In this document: piece after piece, positions 12,582 to 26,088 of the stretch
How positions within the stretch are numbered: the stretch's first letter is position 1
Layout: each line of letters opens with the position of its first letter
Virus record (IMG/VR): IMGVR_UViG_3300020045_010366
Span: 1-44,174 of that record
DNA length: 44,174 bases
Origin: a virus
Taxonomy: Duplodnaviria; Caudoviricetes
Strand: one strand, 5' to 3'
Notes under the pieces: model-generated
What the model was told of the DNA's origin: nothing
The model's database searches: none
Seen by the model: only the letters and a program-made list of their open reading frames with translations
Position numbers and translations under genes: made by a program

Positions 12582-12702
12582 TATTTATTTAATATAAATA
12601 CTATTTAAATGAGCTTTAAGAGGTGAGAATATATTTTCTGATATAACTAAAGGAAAAACTATTCTCTCTTCAATTAAGCCTATTTACTAACTATATAAAC
12701 AT

Positions 12703-12924
12703 ATGTCTGACGCAGATAAATATATATATGATGAAACTCCTATATGAGAAATAAATTGAATTAATAAATTATTTACTACAGAATTTAATATTAATAAAAT
12801 TGATGATGTATATGTTTGATGAGTTCCTTATAGAACATTAGATTATATATGAACAAATACATTTACATTAAACGAAGCTCCACCAACTGACTCAATAGTA
12901 TCAGTTGATTATTTTAAAATTTAA
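12703..12924 (+). CDS. Small structural protein (single beta domain)
   Basis: DETPIGEINGINKLFT..FTLNEAPP..VSVDY. Confidence 0.7.
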
Positions 12925-12936
12925 TAAATAATTAAT

Positions 12937-13956
12937 ATGGATTTAATATATTGAGAAATATTACAATGAAAGGTTGATTGAATAAATAAAGTTTATACAA
13001 GTCAATATACAATATCATCAACAGTTTATTTATGAATTTGATGAGCTGAGTATACAGCATTCACGTCTGTATGAAGAATAATAACGCTTACTGATGCAAT
13101 TCCAGAATGAGAAGAACCACCAGTGTTGGATTATTATTTTACAGATAATATAACATACACAGCTTGAGCTGACTTTTTAGTTTCAAATGCGCTTTTAGAA
13201 ACATTAGATGTACTATGAATAAGTGCTTTTAATAATTCCTATAAACAAGCTACTGCAATAAAACTTTTTAATGAATGTTATTTTTCAGAACTTAATAGAA
13301 ACTTAGACAATAGAATTGTTTCTACATATAGCTTTACTAGTGGAAATAGTTATAAATATTGAGAATTTTATAGATGAGATGTACTTCCTGTGCAGGAACT
13401 AATAAGTAACTACACACCAAGAGTTGGTAAATTAATGATAAACTGATTTATTACTAGTTTTACTACTAGAACAACTTCGGCGTTTACACTTCCAGACTGA
13501 CTTACTACTACGCCAAATAATTGAGACATAGTATTAGTTGGTTATAAAATTCCAGACTCTGTTAAGGAAATATCATATCTAACGCTAAATTGAGATAGAT
13601 ATACAAGAATGTCAAGTGAAGACTTTTGAATATGAAATAAGTATTGAACATATTTAATAAAAGATGGTTATTTATTCATTTCGTGGAGTGATGAAGCACA
13701 AATAGTGTGTCATTACACTTCTAAAAATGATAGACTAACACTTCCTACTGATATAATAGATATAGACTACACTTATTCTTCAATTCTTTCTTTATATGCT
13801 TGATATAATATGATGATAGGTAGAGAAGATGTAAGAAGAGCAGAAATAAAACAACAATATACAGAATTAAAAAGAAAATATATAGCATACCTATTAAGAC
13901 ATTCAAAAAGGGTAACAACTATGAATAGTTTTAATTGACCACTTAGTTGATTATAA
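12937..13956 (+). CDS. Head-tail adaptor-like structural protein
   Basis: 339 aa; N-domain paralogous to the preceding gene; YKIPDS and C-terminal ILSLYA helix typical of adaptors; position before tail hub. Confidence 0.5.
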
Positions 13957-13965
13957 AAAAATAAT

Positions 13966-16734
13966 ATGGCAAGAAAACAATGATTTAAAGACTATAAAAT
14001 AAGAGACTTAACTAAATGATTAAATCTAACAGACTACAGTTCAAAGATATGAGATGAACAATGTTTAGTTTGTAATAATTGGAATATAGAATGAAATAAA
14101 TTAGTAACAACTAAATGAAAGAAATTAATATATGCTTGAAATGGTAGTAGTATTCAATGACTTACAAAAGATGGTAATGATTTGTATTATATTAAAAATA
14201 ATAATATATATAAAAATTGAAATATTTTATATAGTTGAACATATAACTTATCTGTTACAACAATAGATTGATATGTGTTTTGACTTGATGTAGATTGAAT
14301 AAAATACATAACTAAAATATGACCATTTTCAAATGAAACTACAGCTAAAGCTACACTATTAACAACTCTTCAAACTTGGTTTTGAGCTTGATATACAATT
14401 ACACAACCTACTGCTTGAAATTATCATATAGTGAATAATGCCTGAACTTCATTTACTGTTAGTAATTATTCATTATGAAAGGTGGTGGAAAATCCAACAA
14501 CGTGGGATGTAAGTATGAAAGCAGATGTAGTTATTGATACAACTACAATAAACATTCTTCCGTGAGTATATACAAATTTTTCTGATGTAAAAACATATAT
14601 AGTGAGTCAATTACCAAGTTGATATTATACACAATACCTATCTTCTTGACTTCTTATAACAAGAGATGATACAACTATGGTAACTATAACAGTTACTAAT
14701 ATGACAACATATACTTATTGAATTTCTTATAATAATCAAAGTATGTGAAGTGGAAGAAGTTGGTCATATACAGACACATCTATTAATTGAATTGTTTATA
14801 GGTCTACTTGAACTAATACAACAAACTTCTATTGAAGCTTAATAGGTAGAGATTTACAATGATTTACTACAGATGCAGTTTCTTGATTTAATGATAGTAG
14901 TCAATATAATTGATATTCTGAATTTACAGCAAATTCACATATAAAAATAAATTCAATAACTAAATTATCAACAAATACTTCAACATTAGTAACATTAAAA
15001 ACAATTTGATGAACAACTATATGAACAGCAACATTCGTTTGAAATGTAGCTACATTTTCTTCACCAATAACATTAATTAAATGAGATGTATATTCAACAC
15101 TTCTTAATGCCCCTTATAATGCTTGATGAGATTGAATACAATCAGAATTTGTTACATTTAGAGCTTGAAGTGGTTATAGGTCAGCTATTTATTCTATTAA
15201 TGTTACAACAGTAATACCACCAGAATTAAGTAGTGTGGAATATTGGAAAAGTAGTTGATATGATACTGTTTGGAATAGTAGTAATTATTCAGCTTGATAT
15301 TATATATGATATAATACTAATTTATATTTAAAAAAATCAGACTATAGTAGTATGTCAGTTTCTACTATTAATCATTATTCTGATGCAACAGAAAACTCTC
15401 TTTACTCTAATGTAACAACGCAAGCTTACACATCAACTATTAATACTAGTTGATATACATTTCCAATGACAATTACAAATAATTCATTATGATTACAGGA
15501 AGGATATTTATATAGTTTATATAAATCTCCTTATTGATTATTATTAGTTTCTCAAAAATGAACTAGTACTATATTTATTTGACTTACAGGAACCGTTACT
15601 AATTTATCAACTACTATATGAGTTGGAAATCCAACTGTATGAGTAATATATAAATGAAAAATAATATTATGATGATATGATTGACAAGATGGAATTGTAT
15701 TTAGTAAAACCGCTGATTTAATAACTCCAGAAAATATAATAGTATTTAGTTGATATAATTCAAATAATCAATCAGTTTCTTCTGGTAACACTTGAGTAAT
15801 TACGTGAATGATAATAAGTGAAAATTGATTATATGTATTTAAAGACTGAGAAATATGGCTTAGTAATAAAGAATATGACGCAGAGAAGAAGAATATAATA
15901 ACTGGTACAGTTGAATGGACATTTAATTTCTTATTTGATAAGGTTACAAGTAATGGTTGTATGTCAAATTTATCTATTGCCACTTGATGACAAAATACTT
16001 TCTATTTTGATTATAAGAATAGAGCAATGAGAGTATTACAACAAGAACAAAATTATACTTGATTAAGAGATAATAATATATCAAAAGATATAGAACCTAT
16101 ATTAAGAAATATACCAGATGACACCACTAGCATAATATATTCAAAACTAATAAATGTAAATTATTCCTATCCTTATTTAGAGCTTAGTTTTCCAGATGAG
16201 AACGCAACTGATATTTATAAACTATATCCTACAGCTTCTTATTGATATGCTCTTCCTAATAAAACTTATGTATATAATGTAATAAGTTGAGGGTGGTATG
16301 AAAAAGATGAATATGATAATATTATTATTTCTACTAGCTGATACTACTGAGACACTGAATGAAACATATATAAATCAAACGCTTTAAATATATTAAAGCA
16401 ATGAGAATATTTAAGCTGAGAACTTAAACTAACTAGCGATATAGAATATAAGAAACTTTGAAGCTTCTATGTTTCTTGAGATATAGAGGGAGAAAAGACA
16501 TTATCTATAGAGCTTCTAAAAGATTGAGAGAATGTCGTTATTTGAAATGAAATAACTCCGACACAAAGAATAATATCTTGACCGTGAATTATATGAGAAA
16601 AAATAGACTTATATGAACAAGGAATACAAAAGCTTCAATATAAGCTTATGTCTGATGATTGAGACTGAAAAATAAATATATCAGAAGTTGGCTTCACTTG
16701 GTCGCCAGATAATAGTTATTCCAACTACTATTAA
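13966..16734 (+). CDS. Tail hub/nozzle protein (P22 gp10 / T7 gp12-like) with large insertion
   Basis: 922 aa; LTKGLNL..C..CNNWNIE..TTKG start, LYVFKD, ISKDIEPIL, TYVYN...W motifs. Confidence 0.65.
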
Positions 16735-16757
16735 TTAACTTATAAAATAATAAAAAT

Positions 16758-19277
16758 ATGCAAAACATTTATAAAATACCTTGAGTTAATGACCAACAAT
16801 CAACTAACACAAATATTGTACCAACAGCTGATACAGCAAATAACTCAATAGTAAATTGAAATTCTCCTACAAATTCTCCTTCTAGTAATATTAATAATGT
16901 TATTAATTGACAGAGTTATACTAATACATCTTCTACAACAACAAATGCTTGAGCTCCTACAAATGGAGCTCCTGTTGTAAGCGGGGCAACCGTTTCAACC
17001 ACACCTTGAGAAGCATCTTCTTGATGACAACCAGATGCAACTGCTACAGCATTAGCTTGACAAAAAGCTGTTATTACTAGTCAGCAAAATGATTTAAATA
17101 GCAATAAGAATGCTGATATTGTTGCACAGGCTAATGATAATGCAAAATATTTAGCTGATATTCAAAAAGCAAAAGATGAACAAATAAAAGCACAAGAAGA
17201 TACTAATAAACAAATAGATGCTTTACAAAAAGCAGAAGAGGCTAGAGCTAAGAGTATAGTTGACCAACAAAATCAACAACTGTTAGATGAAAAAATTGCT
17301 TCTGTAAATGATTTAGAAGCTTCTAAGGCTCAACAAAAATTAACAGATGAACAAAATATAAAGAACCAAGAAATAAATAATAACATTTTACAACAAAAAA
17401 GTGCTTGGGCATTTAATAAACTTGGTCTTTCTTTTAGTTGATGAGCTATAGAACAGGCTACACAAATTGCTCAGAATTGAGCATATTCTTTAGCTAAAGC
17501 TCAAAGTGATTTAGTTAAAAATCAAACTAGTATTGAAAAAGATATTATAAAAGCTAAAAATGATTATTCAACTCTTATTAATGATAACATTAATAAATAT
17601 AATGATTTAATGGCTAAATATAAAGAAGATGCTATTAATAGAATAAATAGCTTAACACTGAATAAAATAAAAACTAGTGAAGAAGTGTTAAAGGAAAAGA
17701 AAACTACTGCTGATGAATTTAGAAAAACTGTTTCTGATTTAGAAAAACAATTCAAAGCAGACCAACAAACATTAGCTGATGAGGCTGTAAAGAATGCAGA
17801 AAATATTAGACTTAATTCAGAAAGAATAAAGACTGAAAAAATGACAGCATTAGAATGACAATTAACTAGTGGTAATTTAAATAGAATGACACCAGAACAA
17901 ATAAGTCAAATGGAAACTGAATTATGACAACCACAATGATTTATTAAAGCTAAAATGAATGAATGAATAAGTAAGACAATTAGATGAGAACTGGATAAGC
18001 TGGTTTGAACTGATTATTTTCCTAATAATATGAATAGCTTAATAGCAAAGGTGAAAGAGCAAATGAGTCAATGAAGAGACTTAACAGCTTCTATTAATTA
18101 TGTTATAGCTAATGAAAAGAAAACAAATCCAGAAATACAAAAAGCTATAGAAGAGAAAAAAGCTAAAGAAAATTTAGACGCTGAAAAATTACAACTTGAA
18201 AGAGATAAATTTGATTATCAACAATCTACTACTAACTTTGAATTAAATCAAGAATATGGTACAGACTTTAACATCACTGCTTGACCTTGAAATACTAGAG
18301 CTGATAGAAATAATAATCCTTGAAATTTAAGAGTGGAAGGTACTAATTGAAAAGACTCTGGATGATTTGGAATATTCAATACGCCAGAAGAATGATTTAA
18401 TGCTATGGTTAAAGATGTTTCAGCAAAAGTAAATTGATGAAGCAGATATTCTTGACAAATAAAAACACTTAAAGATTTAATAAGCGTTTATGCTCCTGCT
18501 TGAGATGGTAACAATCCTAATAGTTATTCAGCTATAGTTGCTAAAGCATTATGAATAAGCGTAGATGCACCAATAGGTAGTTTAAAATGAAGAGAAGCAG
18601 AACTTGCTACAGCTATGGCTAAGCACGAATGATGGACAGGTTCAGTTACAAATAAAACAGCACCTACTACAGAAGATTTATCTACTAAATCTATTAGTCA
18701 ATTAAGACAAATTGCATTAGCTAATTGAGTTGATAATGTTAATAATTATAAATGAGACGAGGGTAAAACTCAGCTTATGAATGTTATAAATTCAACAATA
18801 GAAGGAAACAGACAAAAAGCTGAAATTAATAAAGCTAAAGAAAGTGAAACTAATATTACAAAATTAAAAGAAAAAGTTAAAAGTTGAGACAAGCTTGATA
18901 TTGATTTATTAGAAAAAGATTTGGTAGCTTTTAAGCCAGAAATTAATGATTTAAAATGATACGTTTCTTGAATTAAATCTATAGCAGATAGAACACTCAC
19001 TGCATTAAATCCAATGAATGCTTTAAGAGGTTGAAGTAAACAAGATTTGAATACTAAAACTTTTTGAGACCAGAATAGAGATGTGGAAAAAATAAAAAGT
19101 ATTATATCTTCTATTGAAGACTCAATAACTACAGCAGATACAAAATGAGATGTAGAAACAATGAAAGAGATTAGAAGAAGATATTTAGCTCCAATGCTAA
19201 AATCAAAATGAATACAATATGATGAGAAAAAATGAAAATTTTATATAGACCAAACTATATGAGACTTTTATCTTTAA
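16758..19277 (+). CDS. Internal virion/ejection protein with lysozyme-like domain
   Basis: Low-complexity N-terminus, long Q/K/E coiled coil, RADRNNNPGNLR..GFGIFNTPEEG..ISVYAP..NNPNSY..VAKALG at about 18290-18630. Confidence 0.75.
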
Positions 19278-19282
19278 AAACT

Positions 19283-19310
19283 AAGGGGCGAATAATATTC
19301 GCTCCTTTTA
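19283..19310 (+). terminator. Intrinsic terminator-like hairpin
   Basis: aaggggcgaat-aat-attcgctccttt followed by T-rich run. Confidence 0.65.
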
Positions 19311-19328
19311 TTTAATAAATAAATTAAT

Positions 19329-22300
19329 ATGGCAGATGTAAGATTTTCATCTCTTTTTAGTTGAGGGTATTTAAGACCAGAAGCTAATTTATGAGACCCA
19401 TATAATATGGAGAAACAACTTCAAAATAAAATAGAGGAAATAAATACTAGTAGAGCTTATCAGTCTTACTGAGAAAGGGTGACAGGTGATTTTTCTGATA
19501 TATGGGATACAATATGAAATGATTTAAATACTACAGCGCAAGATACTTGATGAAATCCATTACAAGGAATATTTACTCCTGTTAAATGACCTATGTATTC
19601 TTGAAACTTAACTGATACACAGTTCTATTGAAAAACACTTCCTACGGCAATATGAGCAGGTACAAGAGCTGTATTAAGTCCTCTTTCTTGATTATTCTCT
19701 TGAATAAGTAAATGAGAAGAACAAACTGATAAAGGAATATTTAGTGAATGATTAAGGACTATATGAGAAACTTTTGAATGAGTACAAAATATATGAACTA
19801 AATTATGAGAAAGTGCTTGATTAGAGAATAGATACTCTTCTCTTTTATCTGAATGAGTAACTAATATACTTACGTGAGAAATTTGAGAGGTGTGATTTAT
19901 CAAGGCATTCTGATTATCAAAAGCTAGTAAAATAAAAAAAATAAATGAAACAAGAAAATTAGTTGAAGCTAATATGTTAGACGAAATTGGTAAATCAGAG
20001 TTTACTAATTTATATAATAAAGATATAAAAATACAACAAGCTAAATGAATAATGGATGATTTCCATAATAAAATAAGTAATTGAGACTTATCCAAAACTG
20101 ATTTAATACAAACTAAAAAAGAGCTAACAAATTTGTGAGTGAAAGACACAAATTATTTTACTGAGAGGTGGAATGATATTCATTCTTCTTCAACGATAAA
20201 AGAAAAAGCTGATGAACAAATATTATCTGAAATTGATAATATAATAAATAAAAATAAAGAAATTGAATATTATAAAAACCCAGAAAAATCTCCATTAAAT
20301 CTTAGAAAAACAATAGAAGATATAAAAAAGATAGAAGAGCTTGGTTGATATAAAGATAAATATTGATTAATAATTAGCCCTATTGAAAGCCCTAAAATTA
20401 ATACTGCTATTAAAAGGGCGTTTAAATGAGACCAACAAGCAATCAATAATGCTATAGCTTATAAGAAAGAATTATTTAAGGATAGCGATTTAGAAAAACT
20501 ATATAATTTATATAAAGATAATAAACCAAATAGTAAAGAATATACAAATGATTGAATTAAAGAATATAAATTTGATAGTGAAGAAAATCCATTTAAAAGA
20601 AAACCATTAACTGAATTAAGAGACTCTTGAGTGTTGAAACAAGTTCAACAGTGAGACCAATATTCTTATTCACTTACTAAGAAATGAGAAGAACTTAATA
20701 AGATGTTGTGATTTACAGAAGAAGAAACAATTAGTAAAAGAGGGGGATTATACCACCACAAAATAGAAGCTATAGATAGTTTTGATGCTAAATCTTTTGA
20801 TATGATAGAAATATTAAAAGAGGGTGATATAATAGAAATGAATAAATTAAATGATTTAGCTAAAAAATGAAAGCTAGATGATTTGTTTAATCCAACAACT
20901 AGAGAATGATGAGTGGTGAGCAAAACAGATGTTAATGATATAAATAAATTTAAGGTTATAATTAAAAAAATTAATGATAGATATAAATTATGATTTACAG
21001 AAGAATTAATTAAAAGCAATACAATAAAAGAATTAACTAAAATAGCCGATAAAATTAATAATATAGTTTCTGACGATTTAATTAATTCATCTAGTTTTAA
21101 ACCATTTAAAATTAAAGGAATATCAGATACTAATTATATATTTAAAAATATTCCAAAAGATATAGTTGAAAGAGTTGTGGAAAAGACTAACTTTTCTTTA
21201 GAAAAGAATAGAATAATTAATTCTTTTGAAAAGCAAATAAATATAATTAAAGCAAAATATAAAAATAATTTAGAAAAACTTTCTCTGTCTACTAAAAATG
21301 CTTTAGATAAAAAAGAAGCTCTTCTTTTAGAAGTGAGACTTAAATATAAACAATTTTGAGAAATAAAAAGCGAAAGAATAAAAGAGTTTAAAACCCTTGC
21401 TAGAAACTGAATTATTTTATGAAATATAGATAAAGCAGTCGCTTCTATTGTTAAAAATAAATCTTGGAATGTAATAACTACTGTAGACCAACTTAAAGCT
21501 CAATTTGAAAAACTTGATAAAGCTGTGGCTTTGTCTCACACTAAATGACTACAAAATAGAATAACTAAAGAATTAAATAGAGCTGTGCATTCTAAAAAAT
21601 CTACAAGTAAAACTGTACGTATGGCTATTACTCCAGAAATAGAAGGAATGTTATTAGAAATAAAAAGCATATGGAGGAAAAATAAAGCTTGATATATTAA
21701 TATAGACCAGCTTAATCAGTTATTATATAATATAAGAGACTTAAAAAGTAAGAGTAGAGAAATAGCAAAAGATGCTCAAATAAAAAGAGCAAAAGAACTT
21801 ACTGAATATCAACGTATAATAAAAGAAGAATGAATAACTAATTTAGTAGGTACTGATGATATAACGGATAAGTGAAATACAATAGAGAAGCTTAAAGGGT
21901 ATATGTGAAACTGGGAAAACGCTTCTACATTTATGTATAACACTTTATGAAAAATATTCTGACATACTTCTGAATGAAAAATGAGTAAATGAGTTGAAAT
22001 ATATAATGCAAATCCAGTAAGAGCTTCTAATAAAATGAATAACTGGATAGAAAAATATCAAAAACCATTAGCTCAATTAATAGTTGATAAATTATGACCA
22101 GAGATGAACGAATGGTGACTAGCTATGTTAGCAAGACAAATAGATAATAGTAAAAAGAATATTTATGTTTGACTAGATAGAATTGAAAACTCTCCTGCTC
22201 TTAAGAAAGAATATCTAATAAAAAGAGAAAGTAAAATAGGAAAACAACCAGAATGGATGAATGACGATAGTTGGAATAAATTCAAAAATACTAAATTATG

Positions 22301-23909
22301 AGAGTATTTAGAAAGAATGGAAAGTGATGTTACTTGGTCTAATACTAAAGCTATGTGGAATGAATTTCACGACAAGCTATTTAGTATGCACCAAAGTGTT
22401 ACAAATAGACACGATTGAATACTTATGATAAAGAGGCAAGATTACTTCAAAGCAATGGCTGAAAAATCTATTAATGAAATGCAATTTGATGAACCTAGTT
22501 ATTTAACAAGAGCTAGTTTAGATAATAGCTCAGCTAATGAATTAGTAAGTACAACTAAATGATTATGAATAGATTATAATGTTGACCCAATTAAAACTTT
22601 ATTATGGTGAGACCGTAGTAGTTTAATGCAATCATTCTTACGTGACTCATTTGAAGATATGGTACAAACTCATATTGGGAAACAATATAAATTTAAGAAT
22701 ATATCTAAGGAACAACGTCTTTCTTTATTAGAGAGTGGAGAATGGAAGATAACGGATAAAATGTGAGAAGAAAACGTTTCATCATTATTACCAGAAGAAA
22801 TGTATATTACTAATATAGAATGATGAGTTAGAAAAAGTATGAATAAATCTACTGATAAACTTATAACTGAATATATACAAAAAATAAGTAAAGGATGAAG
22901 TGTTAAAATGAGTTGAGTAGAGAGAGTGGTGAGCTGAGTATTAAACCAATATACAGCTAATACTCTATGATTTAGTCCTTCTGCTATATTGCAACAACCT
23001 CTTTCATTAATGCACGGTATGGCTGTAATGTGAACTAGAAGAACATTAAGAACACTTTCTGATATTTTAAATGACTCATCATTAATAGAAAAAGCAGAAC
23101 AAGCTTCTACGTCTATTAGAAGTAGAAAATGAGATAACTTTATGTTTAATGATATATTAGAAAAAACATATGATACCAACTTTATCTGAAAAAGTAAAGA
23201 AGTGTTAAGAAAATATAATGAAATAGCATTATATGCTATGAGAATAGTTGATGAAAAAACATATGCTTCTATATGGATTACTACATATAGAGAATGGATG
23301 GAAAAGAATTGATTTAAATTTGATTGAAACTTCAATAAAGAAGAGGCTATTAAATATGCTGATGTTATGTCTGATAAAATTGCAGGTACAACTAATAAAG
23401 TGAATGTTCCACCATTAATGAATAATTTAATGTGACAAATATTATTTAAACTTATGTCTACTAAAATTAATGAATGGCAAACAATTAAATATACTACATT
23501 AAGTGCATTTAAACGTAGCGATAGCACTAGAGGATTAAAAACCATATGAATATATACAGCTAGTAATTTAGCACAAGCTTGAATAGTTTATGCCGTTGCT
23601 AAAGCTCTGTATTGAATATGATTTACAAACTACGACCCAGATAAAAATTGAGACTTAGTACAACAGATATTTTCTTTGGAATGAGCTTATGATTTAACAG
23701 TAGGTAATAGTCCTATATGAGCAAAGGCTAGTTGAATAGTAAATTTCTGAACATTAACAATGGCTGACTCATTAGTGGATAATATTAGTAAATCAATTAA
23801 AGGAATGAGTGAAGGTGAGGTTCAATGACTTATAGATTTTATTTCTACATTTATTTGAAAGAAACCTATACAATATACACAATGAGCTATAAAAACATTA
23901 TGAGAATAA
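19329..23909 (+). CDS. Large internal virion/ejection protein (about 1526 aa)
   Basis: Longest ORF, last in the structural operon; GFSPSAILQQP and LFKLMS motifs resemble podophage DNA-transfer proteins; frame checked at several points only. Confidence 0.65.
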
Positions 23910-23922
23910 ATTTATTAACATA

Positions 23923-23980
23923 AACAAAAAAAGACTAGAAAAAAATGTAATTTTTACATATTTTCTAGTCTTTTTTTGTT
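23923..23980. terminator. Long inverted repeat, bidirectional terminator between convergent arms
   Basis: aacaaaaaaagactagaaaa..atgtaa-ttt-ttacat..ttttctagtctttttttgtt. Confidence 0.8.
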
Positions 23981-24060
23981 GTACAAGCAATTTAAAATTA
24001 TTTTCCGATATAACATAGCTAAAGCTATATAGCGTTGCTTAAAACGCAAAATAACATATA

Positions 24061-24396
24061 TTACAGAGCATTCCTACAAGGAGAGCAATAATATGTTACA
24101 TTACCATCATCGTCAAACATCATTACAGTATTTCTCTCTCCCAGTTCTTTTTTACACACAGAACAAAACACTTTCTCTGTTTCTTTTTTCTCTATTTCTT
24201 CTAGTTTTGGATTAGGTGTAAAATCTTCTATAAATTTACTATTAGCTGATTTATTCTGGTCAAAATAAACTCTTCAATAAAATTCAGCTTTCTTTCATAC
24301 ATTGAAATTATTTACATTTCTCATATATCCCATAACTCTGGTATAAATTTCACAAGGCTGTCTATCAGCATTAGTTAGTTCTTTTTTTTCTTCCAT
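24061..24396 (-). CDS. Stand-alone NrdD C-terminal glycyl-radical domain plus Zn finger
   Basis: CEIYTRVMGYMRNVNNFNVGKKAEFYGRVYF, then CSVC...CSPC; 111 aa. Confidence 0.85.
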
Positions 24397-24399
24397 TAT

Positions 24400-24576
24400 T
24401 TATTCAACTATTAAAGGATAAATTATGTGATGTATAGCTTTTTCATATAAAGGAATTATTCTCTCTAATATTTCTCTATTAACTCATTTAGTCATTAATC
24501 TACCCTTAACATTTAATGCGTTTAAGTCATCTTGTATTATATGGAAGTTTTCTTGTGTTGTTTTTATTTCACTCAT
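24400..24576 (-). CDS. Hypothetical protein
   Basis: 58-aa ORF tightly packed with neighbours. Confidence 0.55.
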
Positions 24577-24613
24577 AATTAATTTACTTAATTTTATTTT
24601 TAATATTATGTTT

Positions 24614-24769
24614 TTATGCTCTCTTTAAAATTTCTTTTTCCCCACACCTTTTACAAAAAACATAATATTCAACATATGAAGGTTTTAGTGTATTTGGATT
24701 TAGTCTTGTAATACTATTCCAACTACCAGACAAATTATGTCATAATATTTTACAAATAATCTTTTTCAT
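24614..24769 (-). CDS. Small Zn-binding phage protein (DUF1660-like)
   Basis: ICKILGH...CKRCG. Confidence 0.65.
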
Positions 24770-24779
24770 ATTTTATTAA

Positions 24780-25088
24780 TTATATTTTTATATATTTTAT
24801 CCGTAAATATTTAAAACACATTGCTTTAAATCTTTCTATTGTTTTTATTGTTTTTGGTTTGTATAGATTTTCAGGAGAAGGTATGTCGATAATTTTCATT
24901 ATTTCCTCTTTTATTTCTTCCTTTATTGGCTCACATCATATTTTTAATATGTATTCAATCATCATATGAGGAGGCATAGTGTTAAATAACATATGTAGTC
25001 TTCTATGCTGTTCTTGTGTAAGCTCAGTGTAATTACTTTCTATATTTTCTCCTCAACAGTCTTTAGCTATATTATGATGTTTGCTCAT
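24780..25088 (-). CDS. HNH-like protein
   Basis: KHHNIAKDCGGENIESN..L...HRRLH. Confidence 0.65.
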
Positions 25089-25089
25089 A

Positions 25090-25491
25090 TTATTTATTTA
25101 ATAATTTATTTTTTCTTCTTTCCTCATTCTCTTCTTTAGTAATTTTAGAATGACACTCCCAACATATAGCTTGAAAGCCACTAGCTGGAACGAAGCATCT
25201 TCTTATCCATTCATCATAAGACGTAAATCATTCTGGTCATACAATGGGAATAATATGGTCTGCATTTATATTATGTCTTTTTCTTTTTTTACCAGATAAA
25301 GGAGGAAGAGAAGCTGGTCAAATCTTTCAACACAGTTCACATTTATATTGCCCTCTACTCACTCTAGCTCTTGCTATTGCTTCACTTTTTGGTTTCCAAA
25401 ATCTACTAACATTTCTTAATGCTCATATTATTCTAGCCTTAAATTCAGCTTTCGTTAAATTCTCATCAAACGGTTTCGTTTTCTTTTTCAT
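25090..25491 (-). CDS. HNH endonuclease
   Basis: YKCELCG..ADHIIPIV..GF..W..R.F..FQAICWECHSKIT..E. Confidence 0.85.
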
Positions 25492-25696
25492 TTCTATCTA
25501 AATCAAATCAAATAAGAGTTTTTTCTTCTACACATTCTAATTGCCATTCATCAAATGTATCATATGTATTATCTTTTATATTCCATAACTGATACTTCAC
25601 TGTTCAATGTATGGAAGCTATAATGGCGAATATAATATATTCATTTCCCCCAATTTTAATAGTTTGTCAAAATGTATATTTATTATTTATTTCCAT
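25439..25696 (-). CDS. Hypothetical protein
   Basis: 85-aa ORF, TAATG coupling to the upstream gene. Confidence 0.55.
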
Positions 25697-25953
25697 TATT
25701 TATTTATTTTAATTCTATTTATATCAACATACATTATTCATTTAAATGGGTTTCTTATATCTAAAGATATAGCGTCTATATTTATAAATCATTCTCTCGG
25801 CTCATCATCAATAATAATTCATTCATATAATGACATAGCAGAGTTAGTTCAAATAAACCACACCTTTTTTCATAATAAAGAAGGAAAATTGTTTTTAATA
25901 TTTTTCTCTTCCTTTAAGCTTTCATTATAACGTTCTATTGTGCTTTTTCTCAT
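25696..25953 (-). CDS. Hypothetical protein
   Basis: 85-aa ORF. Confidence 0.55.
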
Positions 25954-26088
25954 TATACCTTGTAATTCAAAAATTAAATTGAAAAGAAAGAATATTTATA
26001 TTTACATCTAAAAAATGATATACATTATTTTTAATATTACAATAAGTGATAAAGGCTTCTTTAGTATTTCACATTTCTCATATTCTTT

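Noticed and set aside
22670-23545. Long standard-code ORFs antisense to real genes (also 1521-2027, 19625-20149, 25607-25930 and others)
   Set aside because: Shadow frames of code-25 genes on the other strand; no recognisable motifs
19329-23909. Tape measure protein or virion RNA polymerase
   Set aside because: No tube or sheath genes and no polymerase motifs recognised; context fits a podophage ejection protein
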